Source: Halobacteriota archaeon (GTDB lineage Archaea; Halobacteriota; Syntropharchaeia; DAOWMC01). Taken from it: a DNA stretch of 64,000 nt. Both the position numbers and the translations under genes were made by a program. The notes below the pieces were generated by a model. The model was not told where the DNA came from and made no database searches. It saw nothing but the letters and a program-made list of their open reading frames with translations. The stretch lies in assembly GCA_034189535.1 (NCBI GenBank), contig JAXHUQ010000001.1, positions 67 through 64,066 of the forward strand. The letters run 5' to 3'. The stretch's first letter is position 1. Every line of letters begins with the position of its first letter. Shown in pieces: positions 1 to 10,273 of the stretch.

Positions 1-101
1 CAATATACAAAAAGAAGATCATACTCAAGGAAGCAATAGATAAGTACGGGAGTGTTTGATCTCAAAAGAGATATCAGTAATTGTATGTTTTTTATATCAA
101 C

Positions 102-370
102 AATAACGCAGTATATTATGAAAAAGAAGTGTGATGCCGGACAGAGGATTCTATGACGTCAGCGTAGTAAATATGTTGAAAAATGTGGTATAAACTACTG
201 TTTATAAGACACCGAGCTAAAGCCACCGGATCAGTGATAGCTATAGTCGGATCCCAATTTTCCCCACATCCAAGACGTTATTTTGGGACGGTTAAGGGTT
301 GAATCCTCAGACAAAACAGAGATAGCTGTGCCATCAATTCTCAAGATTTGTGTTACTTGCCGAAGTACTG
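102..370 (+). repeat. ~270 bp dispersed repeat, copy 1 (probable non-autonomous IS end/remnant, ISH3-like)
   Basis: About 95% identical by eye to 53012-53281, same orientation; similarity ends sharply at ...TTACTTGYCGAAGTACTG, resembling a CAGTA-type terminal inverted repeat. Confidence 0.75.
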
Positions 371-461
371 TTCATTGAACCCCTTTGATCGCTCTGACAC
401 ATATTTTATCTTTCAAAAATCAGCCAAAAAAGTTTTATGTGTTGTTGATGAACTCTATCTC

Positions 462-749
462 ATGGTCGAAACTTGCCTTCTTATTTCCGATCTGTTTGGG
501 ATAATAGGAACAATCCTTTGTATAATTGCTTCCTTTGTCTTGATGGCGTTCAGCATCAACTTCAGCGTTGGCGAATCAAGTAGATTTACACTCTTCACAA
601 GGTTTCTAAGATTTATAAAAGATTCTGTGGTCACCCGCGGGCAGAGATACGGATATGAATTATTGGGCTTGGGCTTCATACTGATATTGATAGATCTTCT
701 GATATCATTTTTATGCACACACATCTTTCCCTTGATCGATCTGATATAA
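462..749 (+). CDS. Small hypothetical membrane protein
   Basis: ATG at 462; two long hydrophobic segments. Confidence 0.5.
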   Translation: MVETCLLISDLFGIIGTILCIIASFVLMAFSINFSVGESSRFTLFTRFLRFIKDSVVTRGQRYGYELLGLGFILILIDLLISFLCTHIFPLIDLI

Positions 750-781
750 AATAGGCGGGATGTAGCTCTTTGCCCCAACTA

Positions 782-1687
782 TTAACGACCATTAATTAGC
801 CCAATTATAAACCTAGCAAGAGCTTCGCTCTTTGTAACATCAGTCATCATAGTATCAGTCTTTATTATCATGCTTCCGTCAGCGTAAATGTCATCCAAAT
901 CGTCGACTATCAGGATATCAAGAAACTCCTTGTAGCACTCATAAACTCCCGCGGATGAGACCTCAAAACCCCTTGCAGCCATCAGCTTCTCTGCAGGGCC
1001 ACTGACTGCCTTCTTTCCGATGATGGGTGAAACGCCCACAACGAACTTCTCCTTTAGTATGTTAACCATCCCTTCAAGATTCAGAATGGGCGAGATGCTT
1101 GTGATAGGATTGCTTGGCCCAATGAGAACAAAATCTTCAGATTCAAGAGCATCAAGTACCGCATCACTAGGTCTTGCACGGGATATCTCTTCAAAGGATA
1201 CGTTGATCACATCAGGCTCACCTTTCAGCTCAACCCAGAATCTCTGAAAGTGCATATCTTCGAAAGGAGTCTTTATTATCGTTGATACGTGTTCGTCTGA
1301 CATGGGTAAGACCTTTGCCTTTATGCCAAGTCCCAAAGCTACCTCTTCTGTTGCCTCGGTCAAGCTCATATTCTGTCTGATGAGTTCGGATCTTTTTATA
1401 TGTGTGGCCCTGTCCCTGTCTCCAAGCATCATAACCTCATCGTAGCCCATCGAAGTGAGTGTCGTATGGGTTGTGAATGTATCATCCTTGATACCCCACC
1501 ATTTTTCATCATCTATCAGGCCGGACAAGGTGTAAAGTACTGAATCGACGTCAGGACAGACAAGGTTTCCTGAGACAAAAAGATCTTCAGCTGTATTTAC
1601 AACCACAGTAATATCCTCTTCGGGGTAAACATTCTTCAGTCCGTTCAAAAGTTTTGGTGTTCCGGTACCTCCTGAAAAGATTATCAT
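782..1687 (-). CDS. cofD: 2-phospho-L-lactate transferase (F420 biosynthesis)
   Basis: SGGTGTPKL, NTAED...PDVDSVLY, GPSNPITSI motifs; start placed at MIIFSGG. Confidence 0.93.
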   Translation of the reverse strand: MIIFSGGTGTPKLLNGLKNVYPEEDITVVVNTAEDLFVSGNLVCPDVDSVLYTLSGLIDDEKWWGIKDDTFTTHTTLTSMGYDEVMMLGDRDRATHIKRSELIRQNMSLTEATEEVALGLGIKAKVLPMSDEHVSTIIKTPFEDMHFQRFWVELKGEPDVINVSFEEISRARPSDAVLDALESEDFVLIGPSNPITSISPILNLEGMVNILKEKFVVGVSPIIGKKAVSGPAEKLMAARGFEVSSAGVYECYKEFLDILIVDDLDDIYADGSMIIKTDTMMTDVTKSEALARFIIGLINGR

Positions 1688-1710
1688 ACTTGTACTCCAA
1701 CATACGATCA

Positions 1711-2580
1711 ATGGATGTTATATCTTTATTTGATCCATGGAATGATCCTTTGTGTAGTTGTCCGGTCAAGTATTCACTCAACCCGTACACTGGTTGCTCT
1801 CATGGATGTATATACTGTTACATCTCCTCATATATACCTCGTGCTTTTGAATCGCGGGTAAAAAAGGACATATTAATAAGGGTTGAAAGGGACATGAGGA
1901 AGTTGGACAGACTACCAATATCAATGTCAAACAGCTCCGATCCATACCCACCATTAGAGGCAAAAAACAAACTGACACGAGGCGTTCTTGAGATAATCAA
2001 GAGATATCGTCATCCACTTCTTATTGTTACCAAATCAGACCTAGTTACACGGGATATCGATCTGTTACGTGAGATGGACGCTGTTGTGATGATCACAATT
2101 ACCACCCTTGATCCGGTCCATAAGAAGACCGAACCCGGTGCACCCTCTCCGAAGAGAAGATTAAAAGCAATGGCTGAACTTTCAGAAGCAGAGATACCGG
2201 TTGGATTGAGACTGGATCCGATCATCCCAGGCATCTCAAACGATTATCGTGAGCTGATCGAGTCCACCTATTGTGCAGGTGCATCGCATGTGGTGGCCTC
2301 TACGTTCAAACCCAGACCGGACGGATGGAATAGGTTCAAAAAGACATTTCCAAAGCTCTCCTCTGATCTTAGACCACTGTACTTTGAAGAGGGCGAGGTT
2401 CACCAGTCTTCAAGGTACCTACCCAAAGAGCTTAGACGGAAGATATTATCAGAGTTAAAATACGAAGTAGAGGACAGGGAAATGACATTTTCCACCTGCC
2501 GCGAAGGGATGTTTAAGAATGAAAAAGCATGCTGTGACGGATCTTTCATGTTAAAAGAGCCCCGCCCAACCCAGGGTTGA
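1711..2580 (+). CDS. Radical SAM protein (SplB-like family)
   Basis: NPYTGCSHGCIYCY CxxxCxxC motif, SDPYPP. Confidence 0.85.
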   Translation: MDVISLFDPWNDPLCSCPVKYSLNPYTGCSHGCIYCYISSYIPRAFESRVKKDILIRVERDMRKLDRLPISMSNSSDPYPPLEAKNKLTRGVLEIIKRYRHPLLIVTKSDLVTRDIDLLREMDAVVMITITTLDPVHKKTEPGAPSPKRRLKAMAELSEAEIPVGLRLDPIIPGISNDYRELIESTYCAGASHVVASTFKPRPDGWNRFKKTFPKLSSDLRPLYFEEGEVHQSSRYLPKELRRKILSELKYEVEDREMTFSTCREGMFKNEKACCDGSFMLKEPRPTQG

Positions 2581-2583
2581 AGT

Positions 2584-2922
2584 CTATAACTCCTGTACCT
2601 CAAGGACTTTTAATGGGGTGTCTTTCAATGCCTTACCTATCACCGATTTTGCGATCTGCGAAGAGTGTTTTTCATTGTTTGCATCGAATACTTTTAACTT
2701 GAAGAGTATCCCGACAAGTGCCGTCTCTGCTGCTACTATGACGTTATCCCTCTCCTCCTTACAGGATGGACAGATCCTCTTTCCTACCTCAAAATCAACG
2801 TATTTCAACTTTGGATTAAGTCTCTTTCCAATCTCGGATATGGCAATACTTGCGGCATCATCACTTGATACCACGTCTTTTACTACCCAAGCCCCTTCCA
2901 GTAAAACTTGAAAATCACCCAT
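2584..2922 (-). CDS. DUF555/UPF0212 family protein
   Basis: AWVVKDV..DDA..IAISEIGKRLN, CPSC, IAKSVIGKAL. Confidence 0.8.
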   Translation of the reverse strand: MGDFQVLLEGAWVVKDVVSSDDAASIAISEIGKRLNPKLKYVDFEVGKRICPSCKEERDNVIVAAETALVGILFKLKVFDANNEKHSSQIAKSVIGKALKDTPLKVLEVQEL

Positions 2923-2924
2923 TA

Positions 2925-4478
2925 CTATACTCCTTCACTTCTTCGGAAGATCGAAGTGAGTAAACTTCCGTATTCATCTTTACCTTTACTACCCGTCTCC
3001 TCTAATATATTTATCGACTCTCCACCATGCATGCTCTTACGTACTCGAATATCAACAAGAATCGGTATCTCTATATTCCCACTGACAAGGACTGCAACAC
3101 CGGGTGGCAATCTCTTGATCTCCTCTTCGAGCTCCGAGCTTATCCCTTCGAGACCTTTGCTCAATGCTTTGAGATCATTTGCGTTTGTTATCTTTAGAAT
3201 GATCTGGGTGTGGCATTGTGATAAGACGTTCTTATCCACCCTTGCAGGTCTCTGAGATATTACCATCAGTCCAAGACCAAACTTTCTCCCCTCTGATGCT
3301 ATTGTTCGTATTATTTCCGAGCTCATCGTCTTCTTATAGCCCCTCTCGGGACAGAACTCATGTGATTCCTCAATTACAAGCATCCCCGGAGGTACACGAC
3401 CTATCTTCCTCGCCTCCCAAAGCTCACCGCATACCATCGAGACGACAATATCCTGAAGTTCGGGATCAACTCCATGCATATCTATTATAGAGGTTTTTCC
3501 CTTCTGCATAAGCTCCCGGATAGTTGTCGGATTCTCCGATAGGATTCCGGTGTTCATTATATTCTCAAGTGCGTCCATCACAGCCCATTTGGCATTGCTG
3601 AAGTCCTTATCGACCTCGGCGATTACGTCTTCAATTGAGTAGAACTCCTTCTGGGAAGAGGCTTTCTTAACCGCACGATATAGGACACCGGTTTGTGTAT
3701 TTGTAAGAGATGGAATCAATTGAGATAATAATTTTGCACTGGGATTGAATCCGTCGAGTCTGAAGACCTCATCTGCAGCGGGATTTAAAGCCAGATTGGA
3801 TGGCGTATACGTGACTACCGAATCATACCCTCTTGGCAAGACACCAAACTTATTCATAAGAAGATTATCCTTCTTGTTTCTGTTGACGTTCTTTAGCGAG
3901 GTATATTCGCCATGTGGATCGATGATTAGTAGAGGGACTTCTCTTTCGATGAGTTCTTCGATTATGACTCCGGCTGTGTATGATTTACCGCTGCCTGTCT
4001 TTGCCAGAATGCTGCAGTGCTGCTGGACCATCTTGTTCACATCAAGACGTACCTGAATATCAGTTCCTTCCAGAAGGCCGATATAAGCCTTTCCGGATGA
4101 AAGACCGAGTGTCTTCTTTATAAGGGCTTCGTCTGCGATGTAAACTTTGTTACCAGGGGAAAACGGTCTCTTCGGGGTAACAAGCATATCATTTTGATCT
4201 TTTGAGCCGATAGTTACTGCCTTTGCAACGATCTTCTCCTCGGTATCACTTACCCTCCTCCCCATAGCCACACCGATTGCGGCATCGAGTGATAATACGT
4301 CGCTCGACCTTGTGATCGATTCGACCTGTGCAAGCACCCAGATTGAGTTATGTAAGACCCTCACATAATCGCCCTTCTCAATATCAGCATCAGAAACGGC
4401 GAATTTAAACTCAAACGGACTGGTGTCTCCAAAGATTACTCCGACTAATTCCCTTACCAATTTTATCCCCTCCCACAA
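2925..4478 (-). CDS. HerA/DUF87-family P-loop ATPase (start uncertain)
   Basis: N-terminal HAS-barrel-like region, AKTGSGKS, IIDPHGEY, EGRKFG, SQRPA. Confidence 0.85.
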   Translation of the reverse strand: MWEGIKLVRELVGVIFGDTSPFEFKFAVSDADIEKGDYVRVLHNSIWVLAQVESITRSSDVLSLDAAIGVAMGRRVSDTEEKIVAKAVTIGSKDQNDMLVTPKRPFSPGNKVYIADEALIKKTLGLSSGKAYIGLLEGTDIQVRLDVNKMVQQHCSILAKTGSGKSYTAGVIIEELIEREVPLLIIDPHGEYTSLKNVNRNKKDNLLMNKFGVLPRGYDSVVTYTPSNLALNPAADEVFRLDGFNPSAKLLSQLIPSLTNTQTGVLYRAVKKASSQKEFYSIEDVIAEVDKDFSNAKWAVMDALENIMNTGILSENPTTIRELMQKGKTSIIDMHGVDPELQDIVVSMVCGELWEARKIGRVPPGMLVIEESHEFCPERGYKKTMSSEIIRTIASEGRKFGLGLMVISQRPARVDKNVLSQCHTQIILKITNANDLKALSKGLEGISSELEEEIKRLPPGVAVLVSGNIEIPILVDIRVRKSMHGGESINILEETGSKGKDEYGSLLTSIFRRSEGV

Positions 4479-4571
4479 CTAAATTGCAATTTCATATAAA
4501 CATTTTGGATAGAATATCTTTGATGACCGATATTTATATATGTTGAGGTGTAATTAGTAGATTGATAAATA

Positions 4572-4922
4572 ATGCTCGTTAAGGAAGTTATCAGTGAAGA
4601 GTTGCTGACATTTGCAGAGGCAAAAGATATCCTGAACTCGATCAAAGATAAGCATAATGATGACAGAGAGTCATCATTTGAGAAGAGAAAAGCGATTACT
4701 CATGCAAACAAATTTGCCAAAACTGATGGAAAGACCTCGAGAGAGTTGGTTAACAAGCTTGCCGGTTTGGACAAAATGAAAGATGAGATCGCCATAAAAA
4801 TCGCAGATCTTCTACCTACGACGAAGGATGAACTCAGATCAATATATGCAAAAGAGAGGTTTACGCTCACGGAAGACGAGCTGGATAATATTCTTGATTT
4901 AGTAGAACCATATTGCGATTGA
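4572..4922 (+). CDS. rpoF: RNA polymerase subunit Rpo4 (RpoF)
   Basis: KIADLLP..KDELRSIYAKE; conserved position before DUF655. Confidence 0.9.
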   Translation: MLVKEVISEELLTFAEAKDILNSIKDKHNDDRESSFEKRKAITHANKFAKTDGKTSRELVNKLAGLDKMKDEIAIKIADLLPTTKDELRSIYAKERFTLTEDELDNILDLVEPYCD

Positions 4923-4946
4923 ATAGATTCATATTTTGGAGGATGT

Positions 4947-5549
4947 ATGAGGTTCGGGGATTCTAAGAAAGTGAAGGAGGAGTACGCTTGGGTCTTAGAC
5001 TATCTACCATACGGATATCCCGAAGATAACAGGCCAGTCTATCAAAAGAAGCCCACAATCCAGGCAATCGGTGAGAATAAATTCATGCTGATGGAGATCA
5101 TTCCGAAAGAAGATAAAGTTCCGGAGATGCACGAGAAGTTATACATAGGAGAGGGTGAACGGGAGATAGTCGATCACGTCAAGCGACAACTCACGTATGA
5201 TGAACTTACCCACGGTGCCAAGATCGAACTACCCTACGTGATTGATGAAATCGTTCAAGAGAAAGAGAGTGATTTCATCGATGTCTATAACGAGTCTTAT
5301 GCGATAACAACTAGACTACATATGCTTGAACTGCTTCCGGGAATAGGTAAGAAGACCATGTGGTCTGTTCTCGATGAGCGAAAGAAGAGGCCTTTTACAG
5401 ACTTCAGCGACTTAGGCGAGAGGGTGAAAGGCATGCATCACCCTGACAAACTAATTGTGAAGCGAATCGAAGAGGAGCTAAAAGAAGAAGATATAAAGTA
5501 CAGGATATTCACTATAAAACATAGCAATACGCCACATCAACACAGTTGA
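4947..5549 (+). CDS. DUF655 family RNA-binding protein
   Basis: WVLDYLPYG, RLHMLELLPGIGKK HhH motif. Confidence 0.9.
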   Translation: MRFGDSKKVKEEYAWVLDYLPYGYPEDNRPVYQKKPTIQAIGENKFMLMEIIPKEDKVPEMHEKLYIGEGEREIVDHVKRQLTYDELTHGAKIELPYVIDEIVQEKESDFIDVYNESYAITTRLHMLELLPGIGKKTMWSVLDERKKRPFTDFSDLGERVKGMHHPDKLIVKRIEEELKEEDIKYRIFTIKHSNTPHQHS

Positions 5550-5565
5550 GACGAGAGCTTACACC

Positions 5566-6822
5566 TTATATCCCTTCAGGTATCATCTGCCTGCCCAGAA
5601 GATCCTCGAAAGTCTCCCTCTCACGTATAATTTTTGGTGATCCATTAGAGATCAGGACCTCTGCACATCTGGGCCTTCCATTGTACTGTGAACTCATAGA
5701 GAATCCATAGGCTCCCGAATCAAGTACAGCTATCAGATCGCCTTTTACGATCTCAGGCAAGTCTCTATCTTTTGCGATAATATCTCCCGTCTCACATATT
5801 GGACCTACTATCGAATAGGTTTCAACCGGTTCACCTGCTGCTTTGTTAGCCACAACTATTTCGTGGTACGAATCATACATTGCAGGACGTATTAGTAGAT
5901 TAAAACCTGCATCTATTCCCACAAAGTTCTTGTTTGCCCTCTTTACTGTGTTGACCCGGGAAAGTAGTATAGTAGTGTCCCCAACTATCGAACGTCCCGG
6001 TTCGATTATCAACTTAAATTTTTTCCCAAGTGACTCGGATCTCTTGCTTACGACTGAAAGCACAATCTCAGACAGTTCGGAAGGTCTTGGTACTTTGCCA
6101 CCTTTGTGATAATCTATACCCAGCCCGCCCCCGATGTCAATGAATTCGAGATCTACAAAAGAAGATACATTCCCAACCAGATTCATCATCCTCTCGGCAG
6201 CTTCTCTGTATACACTTATATCCAGTATCTGTGATCCAATATGGCAGTGAATCCCGACAGGATTTACATTTGGAAGATCTTTTGCCATCTCATACGCATT
6301 CACAACCTCTTCATGAGGAATCCCAAACTTTGAAGTCCGAAGTCCAGTTGATATCTTTGGGTGTGTGTCAGGCGAGACATCGGGATTAACCCTGAATGCA
6401 ATATCTGCCATCTTATCATTTTTAACAGCCAGCTCTGATATCGTTTTCAGTTCATCCAGAGAGTCGACCGATATCTTGACTGAAGAATTTATTGCAACCT
6501 CCAGTTCATCATCGCACTTTGAGTTTCCATTGAACAGTATCTTCTCCTTAGGTATACCAGCCTTGATTGCCATCAGAAGTTCTCCAGAAGAGAAAACATC
6601 GGCTCCAGCACCTTCTTTTGCAAGTATATTCAGAATTGTAAGGTTCCAGTTTGCTTTGGCTGCATAGTATATATCGGCATCAAGAAACGCAGAGACATAA
6701 TCTCTGAAGTTTTTTAAGAGCTTCTCTTCATCTGTCACATATAATGGAGTTCCATACCCTTTTGACAGTTCGACCGTATCAACTCCACCTATTGTAAGGT
6801 GGCCACCCTTTATATCCAACAT
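5566..6822 (-). CDS. lysA: Diaminopimelate decarboxylase
   Basis: YAAKAN PLP lysine, HIGSQ, EPGR, GPICETGD. Confidence 0.95.
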   Translation of the reverse strand: MLDIKGGHLTIGGVDTVELSKGYGTPLYVTDEEKLLKNFRDYVSAFLDADIYYAAKANWNLTILNILAKEGAGADVFSSGELLMAIKAGIPKEKILFNGNSKCDDELEVAINSSVKISVDSLDELKTISELAVKNDKMADIAFRVNPDVSPDTHPKISTGLRTSKFGIPHEEVVNAYEMAKDLPNVNPVGIHCHIGSQILDISVYREAAERMMNLVGNVSSFVDLEFIDIGGGLGIDYHKGGKVPRPSELSEIVLSVVSKRSESLGKKFKLIIEPGRSIVGDTTILLSRVNTVKRANKNFVGIDAGFNLLIRPAMYDSYHEIVVANKAAGEPVETYSIVGPICETGDIIAKDRDLPEIVKGDLIAVLDSGAYGFSMSSQYNGRPRCAEVLISNGSPKIIRERETFEDLLGRQMIPEGI

Positions 6823-6826
6823 ACTT

Positions 6827-7171
6827 TCATCCGCTCAGTTTGATGATCGCCTCTGCAAGATCTCCATTCGATTCTTTCAACGCAGCAACTACATCTTCTT
6901 CACTTGCCCCTGTCTGTTCAATAACAAGTTTGACGTCCTCATTAGGTAGGGAGGATATCGATCGCTCTTCCGGTGTCCCGACGATCTGATAAGTCTTTGA
7001 ACCCATGGCATCCATTATCGTAACCTCTGCATCTTTGAAGACGATCTCACGATCAGACGTCCTTATTATGACTTCTTGAACATCTTCTACTGGGTCAACA
7101 TTGATACCCATCTGCTTCATCATCTGTTTAACCTTTCTCGGGTTCATTCCCCTTGTTCCACCTGGAAACAC
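6827..7171 (-). CDS. nac: Nascent polypeptide-associated complex protein
   Basis: MNPRKVKQMMKQMG, C-terminal UBA-like GDLAEAI; GTG start after GAGGTG. Confidence 0.92.
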   Translation of the reverse strand: MFPGGTRGMNPRKVKQMMKQMGINVDPVEDVQEVIIRTSDREIVFKDAEVTIMDAMGSKTYQIVGTPEERSISSLPNEDVKLVIEQTGASEEDVVAALKESNGDLAEAIIKLSG

Positions 7172-7369
7172 ACATAACACCTCATTATACTTTCAACATG
7201 AATAATAGCACTCCGCTTTATTATCTACTTTTCCAATGGGATAGTGACAGAGATATTTTGATCTCCCTTAAAAATTGGTAAAGACAAAAAATGAAACTCA
7301 CAAAAATTGTGTATTAAGTGTACGAGTTGGTATTTTATGAAAAATATGTACCAATAGGTAAATTTCTAC

Positions 7370-7411
7370 GAAAGGTTTAAATATGTGTCACTTGTAACCA
7401 ATAATGGTTAC
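7370..7411 (+). promoter_or_regulatory. Putative fdh promoter (BRE/TATA) with downstream palindromic operator
   Basis: GAAAGG-TTTAAATA at 7370-7383; perfect inverted repeat GTAACCA-ATAA-TGGTTAC at 7394-7411. Confidence 0.55.
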
Positions 7412-7478
7412 TTTAGCTGATATCAGTTACAGGAAGATGTCGGTTGAACCATCTATTTAAATTATTGGGGGTAAAAGT

Positions 7479-10262
7479 TTGGGAACGAAAACGAGATCAA
7501 TTCTCGGTGAGCTTAGTTTGACAAGACGTTCGTTCACTAAGATCACCGCAGCTGTTGCGGCTACTGCTGCAATGTATAAGGGATTTGGCAAACTCGCTAA
7601 ATACGCAAAAGATACCGGTTACATGGACGATGTGATGGTAGAAGCTGCAGACACTGCTAAAACAGAGCAAGTGAAGAGTATCTGCTCTTTTTGCTCGGTT
7701 GGCTGTGGATATATCGGCGTTGTGAAAGATGGAGTCTTCACTGGAATGGAACCATGGGAAGATCACCCCATAAATCAGGGTGGATTGTGTTCAAAAGGTA
7801 CGGCATTGGTAGATGTCACCAACTCTGAAAAACGACTGAAATATCCGATGGAGAAGGTAGGCGGTAAGTGGAGAAGGATTACTTGGGACGAAGCCATAGA
7901 GAAAGTTGGCACTCAGCTAACAAGCATAAGAGATACTTATGGCCCCGATTCTGTCTTCATGTGCGGACTTGTTCACGGATCAAATGAAGAAGCGTATATG
8001 TTCAGAAAGTTTGGTATGCTATTCGGGACGAACAACATCGACCACCAGGCTAGGATATGTCACTCAACGACTGTAGCAGGTCTTCTGAACACCTTCGGAC
8101 ATGGTGCGATGACAAATACAATTATCGCCATGCAACACGCAAAATGTCATTTCTTCTTTGGATCGAATGCAGCTGAGGCACATCCTGTCTTCATGCAGAA
8201 GATACTTGATTCAAAGGATCGGGGTGCTAAGATCGTCGTTGCGGACCCGCGATTTACAAAAACGGCTGCTAAGTCTGATTTCTACGTTAGGTTCAGGCCC
8301 GGTTCGGATATCGCATTCCTTTACGGCCTCATAAATGTGATACTCGAGAACGGATGGCAAGATCAAGAGTACATCGACAACAGAACCTATGGATTTGAGT
8401 ATGTAAAAGAGGCTGTGAAAGGCTATACCCCTGAAGTAGTTGAGAAGATAACCTGGGTAAGTGCCGACGACTTAAGAAAGGTTGCTGAGATGATCGCAAA
8501 GAATAAACCGAGTAATATCATCTGGTCGATGGGAGCAACCCAACACAGTGTGGGTTCTCAGATCATTCGAGCTGCGGCAATATTGCAGTGTATCCTTGGT
8601 AACCAGGGAGAATGGGGTGGAGGTTGTATACCAGTCCGTGGACATTGTAACGTCCAGGGTGTAACTGATATGTGTGTCCTGTCTCACTTCTTACCAGGGT
8701 ATTACGGCGTAACAAGTGAAGGTTCGTGGGATTGGTATTCGAAGGTCTTCACAGATACGCCAAGTACATCAGGCTCCATTACATTCGATGAACTCAAGGG
8801 GAGATTTGCAACCTACAATGGCGAGAGCATGATGACCAAGATCGGCTTTGCTGTCTCAAGATGGTATGAAGGGGTCTTGATGCCCGAATCTGATATTGAC
8901 CAGCCCCATAATATCAAAGCTGCAATCCTATGGGGTGAAGCCACAAGCTCGATTACCGAGATGAAGAGGGAGAAAGAGGCGATGGAGAAACTGGACTTGC
9001 TTGTTATCGTCGATCCATTCCCGACAAGCGCTTCTGCAATGCCTGATAGAGCTGATGGGATCATACTGTTACCTGCAGCGACAAGGCAGGAGGGTACCGG
9101 TAGTGTGACAACCACCGGAAGAGAGTGGCAATGGAGAGATGTTGTTGTACCGCCTCTCTACGAGAGCAAGACTGACATGGAGATATTCCAGCTTCTCGCA
9201 AATAAACTGGGTTTCGGTGCTCATTTCGATTACAGTAGCATAGAAGACGTGACCCGGGAGATAAACCTCGCATGCAGGCCAATTGGTCTTCAAGGGCAGA
9301 CACCTGAGCGGATGAAGAAGCAGAAGGCGAACGCCCATACATTTGAGACTGAGTATGGAAGAGCTGTAGGCGGTCCTTGTGATGGCGAATATTGGGGATT
9401 ACCGTGGCCATGCTGGACGACTGATCACCCTGGAACTCCGATACTTTACAATGACAACGCTCCGGTAATGGAAGGAGGGCATGATTTCAGGGCAAAGTGG
9501 AAGTATCCTGACGATGAGCCCAATGCAGGAGAGGAGATTGTAAGGGGCAACCTACCACCATCAGGTACGGGAGGCACCATACATTGGACATATAATTACG
9601 CAAAGGATCCATCTGGTGAGGTTAACAGACAGGCCCTCAGCGAAGGAAACCCGCCGACAGGTAGAGGAAGGGCTATGCTGAGAGTAGCCGGTTGGACTGA
9701 TGAGGTCCCCGTACACAGAGAGCCACTGGAGAGTCCCGAACCGGATCTTGTTGCAGCTTATCCTACTTATGAAGATAAGACGTTCTACAGGATACCAACC
9801 AATTTCAAGACTGAACAGCAGAGATCGATCGCTGAAGGACGTCACATTAAATACCCAATAGTACTTACAACAGGAAGACAGGTTGAGCATCACGGTGGAA
9901 GCGCTCAGACCAGAGGATCAAAATATCTGGCCGAACTTCAACCTGAGATGTATGTGGAGATAAACCCCGCACTAGCTGCTGATAAAGAGATCAAGCACTG
10001 GGACTTCGTCTGGGTTGAGTCTGCAAGAGGGAGATGTAAAGTAAGAGCCTATGTGACAGACAGAGTCAACGAGAAGACAGTCTTCATGCCATACCATTGG
10101 GCAGGTATCTTCGAGGGCGAATCATATGAAGACAGGTATCCTGATGGTTCCGCAGAGTTCAAAATTGGGGATTCAGCAAACATCATAGCTTCAGCAGGAT
10201 ATGACGAACAGACACAGATGCAGGAGACCAAAGCTGCTCTGGTTAATATCTATAAGGCGTAG
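7479..10262 (+). CDS. fdhA: Tat-exported Mo/W-bisPGD formate dehydrogenase alpha subunit (Cys form)
   Basis: TRRSF twin-arginine signal, CSFCSVGC...C cluster, RICHS active-site Cys-His, RGHCNVQG. Confidence 0.9.
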   Translation: MGTKTRSILGELSLTRRSFTKITAAVAATAAMYKGFGKLAKYAKDTGYMDDVMVEAADTAKTEQVKSICSFCSVGCGYIGVVKDGVFTGMEPWEDHPINQGGLCSKGTALVDVTNSEKRLKYPMEKVGGKWRRITWDEAIEKVGTQLTSIRDTYGPDSVFMCGLVHGSNEEAYMFRKFGMLFGTNNIDHQARICHSTTVAGLLNTFGHGAMTNTIIAMQHAKCHFFFGSNAAEAHPVFMQKILDSKDRGAKIVVADPRFTKTAAKSDFYVRFRPGSDIAFLYGLINVILENGWQDQEYIDNRTYGFEYVKEAVKGYTPEVVEKITWVSADDLRKVAEMIAKNKPSNIIWSMGATQHSVGSQIIRAAAILQCILGNQGEWGGGCIPVRGHCNVQGVTDMCVLSHFLPGYYGVTSEGSWDWYSKVFTDTPSTSGSITFDELKGRFATYNGESMMTKIGFAVSRWYEGVLMPESDIDQPHNIKAAILWGEATSSITEMKREKEAMEKLDLLVIVDPFPTSASAMPDRADGIILLPAATRQEGTGSVTTTGREWQWRDVVVPPLYESKTDMEIFQLLANKLGFGAHFDYSSIEDVTREINLACRPIGLQGQTPERMKKQKANAHTFETEYGRAVGGPCDGEYWGLPWPCWTTDHPGTPILYNDNAPVMEGGHDFRAKWKYPDDEPNAGEEIVRGNLPPSGTGGTIHWTYNYAKDPSGEVNRQALSEGNPPTGRGRAMLRVAGWTDEVPVHREPLESPEPDLVAAYPTYEDKTFYRIPTNFKTEQQRSIAEGRHIKYPIVLTTGRQVEHHGGSAQTRGSKYLAELQPEMYVEINPALAADKEIKHWDFVWVESARGRCKVRAYVTDRVNEKTVFMPYHWAGIFEGESYEDRYPDGSAEFKIGDSANIIASAGYDEQTQMQETKAALVNIYKA

Positions 10263-10273
10263 GGGGCTAAAAG

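Noticed and set aside
8050..8070. Selenocysteine in FdhA
   Set aside because: Active-site codon is TGT (Cys); no in-frame TGA
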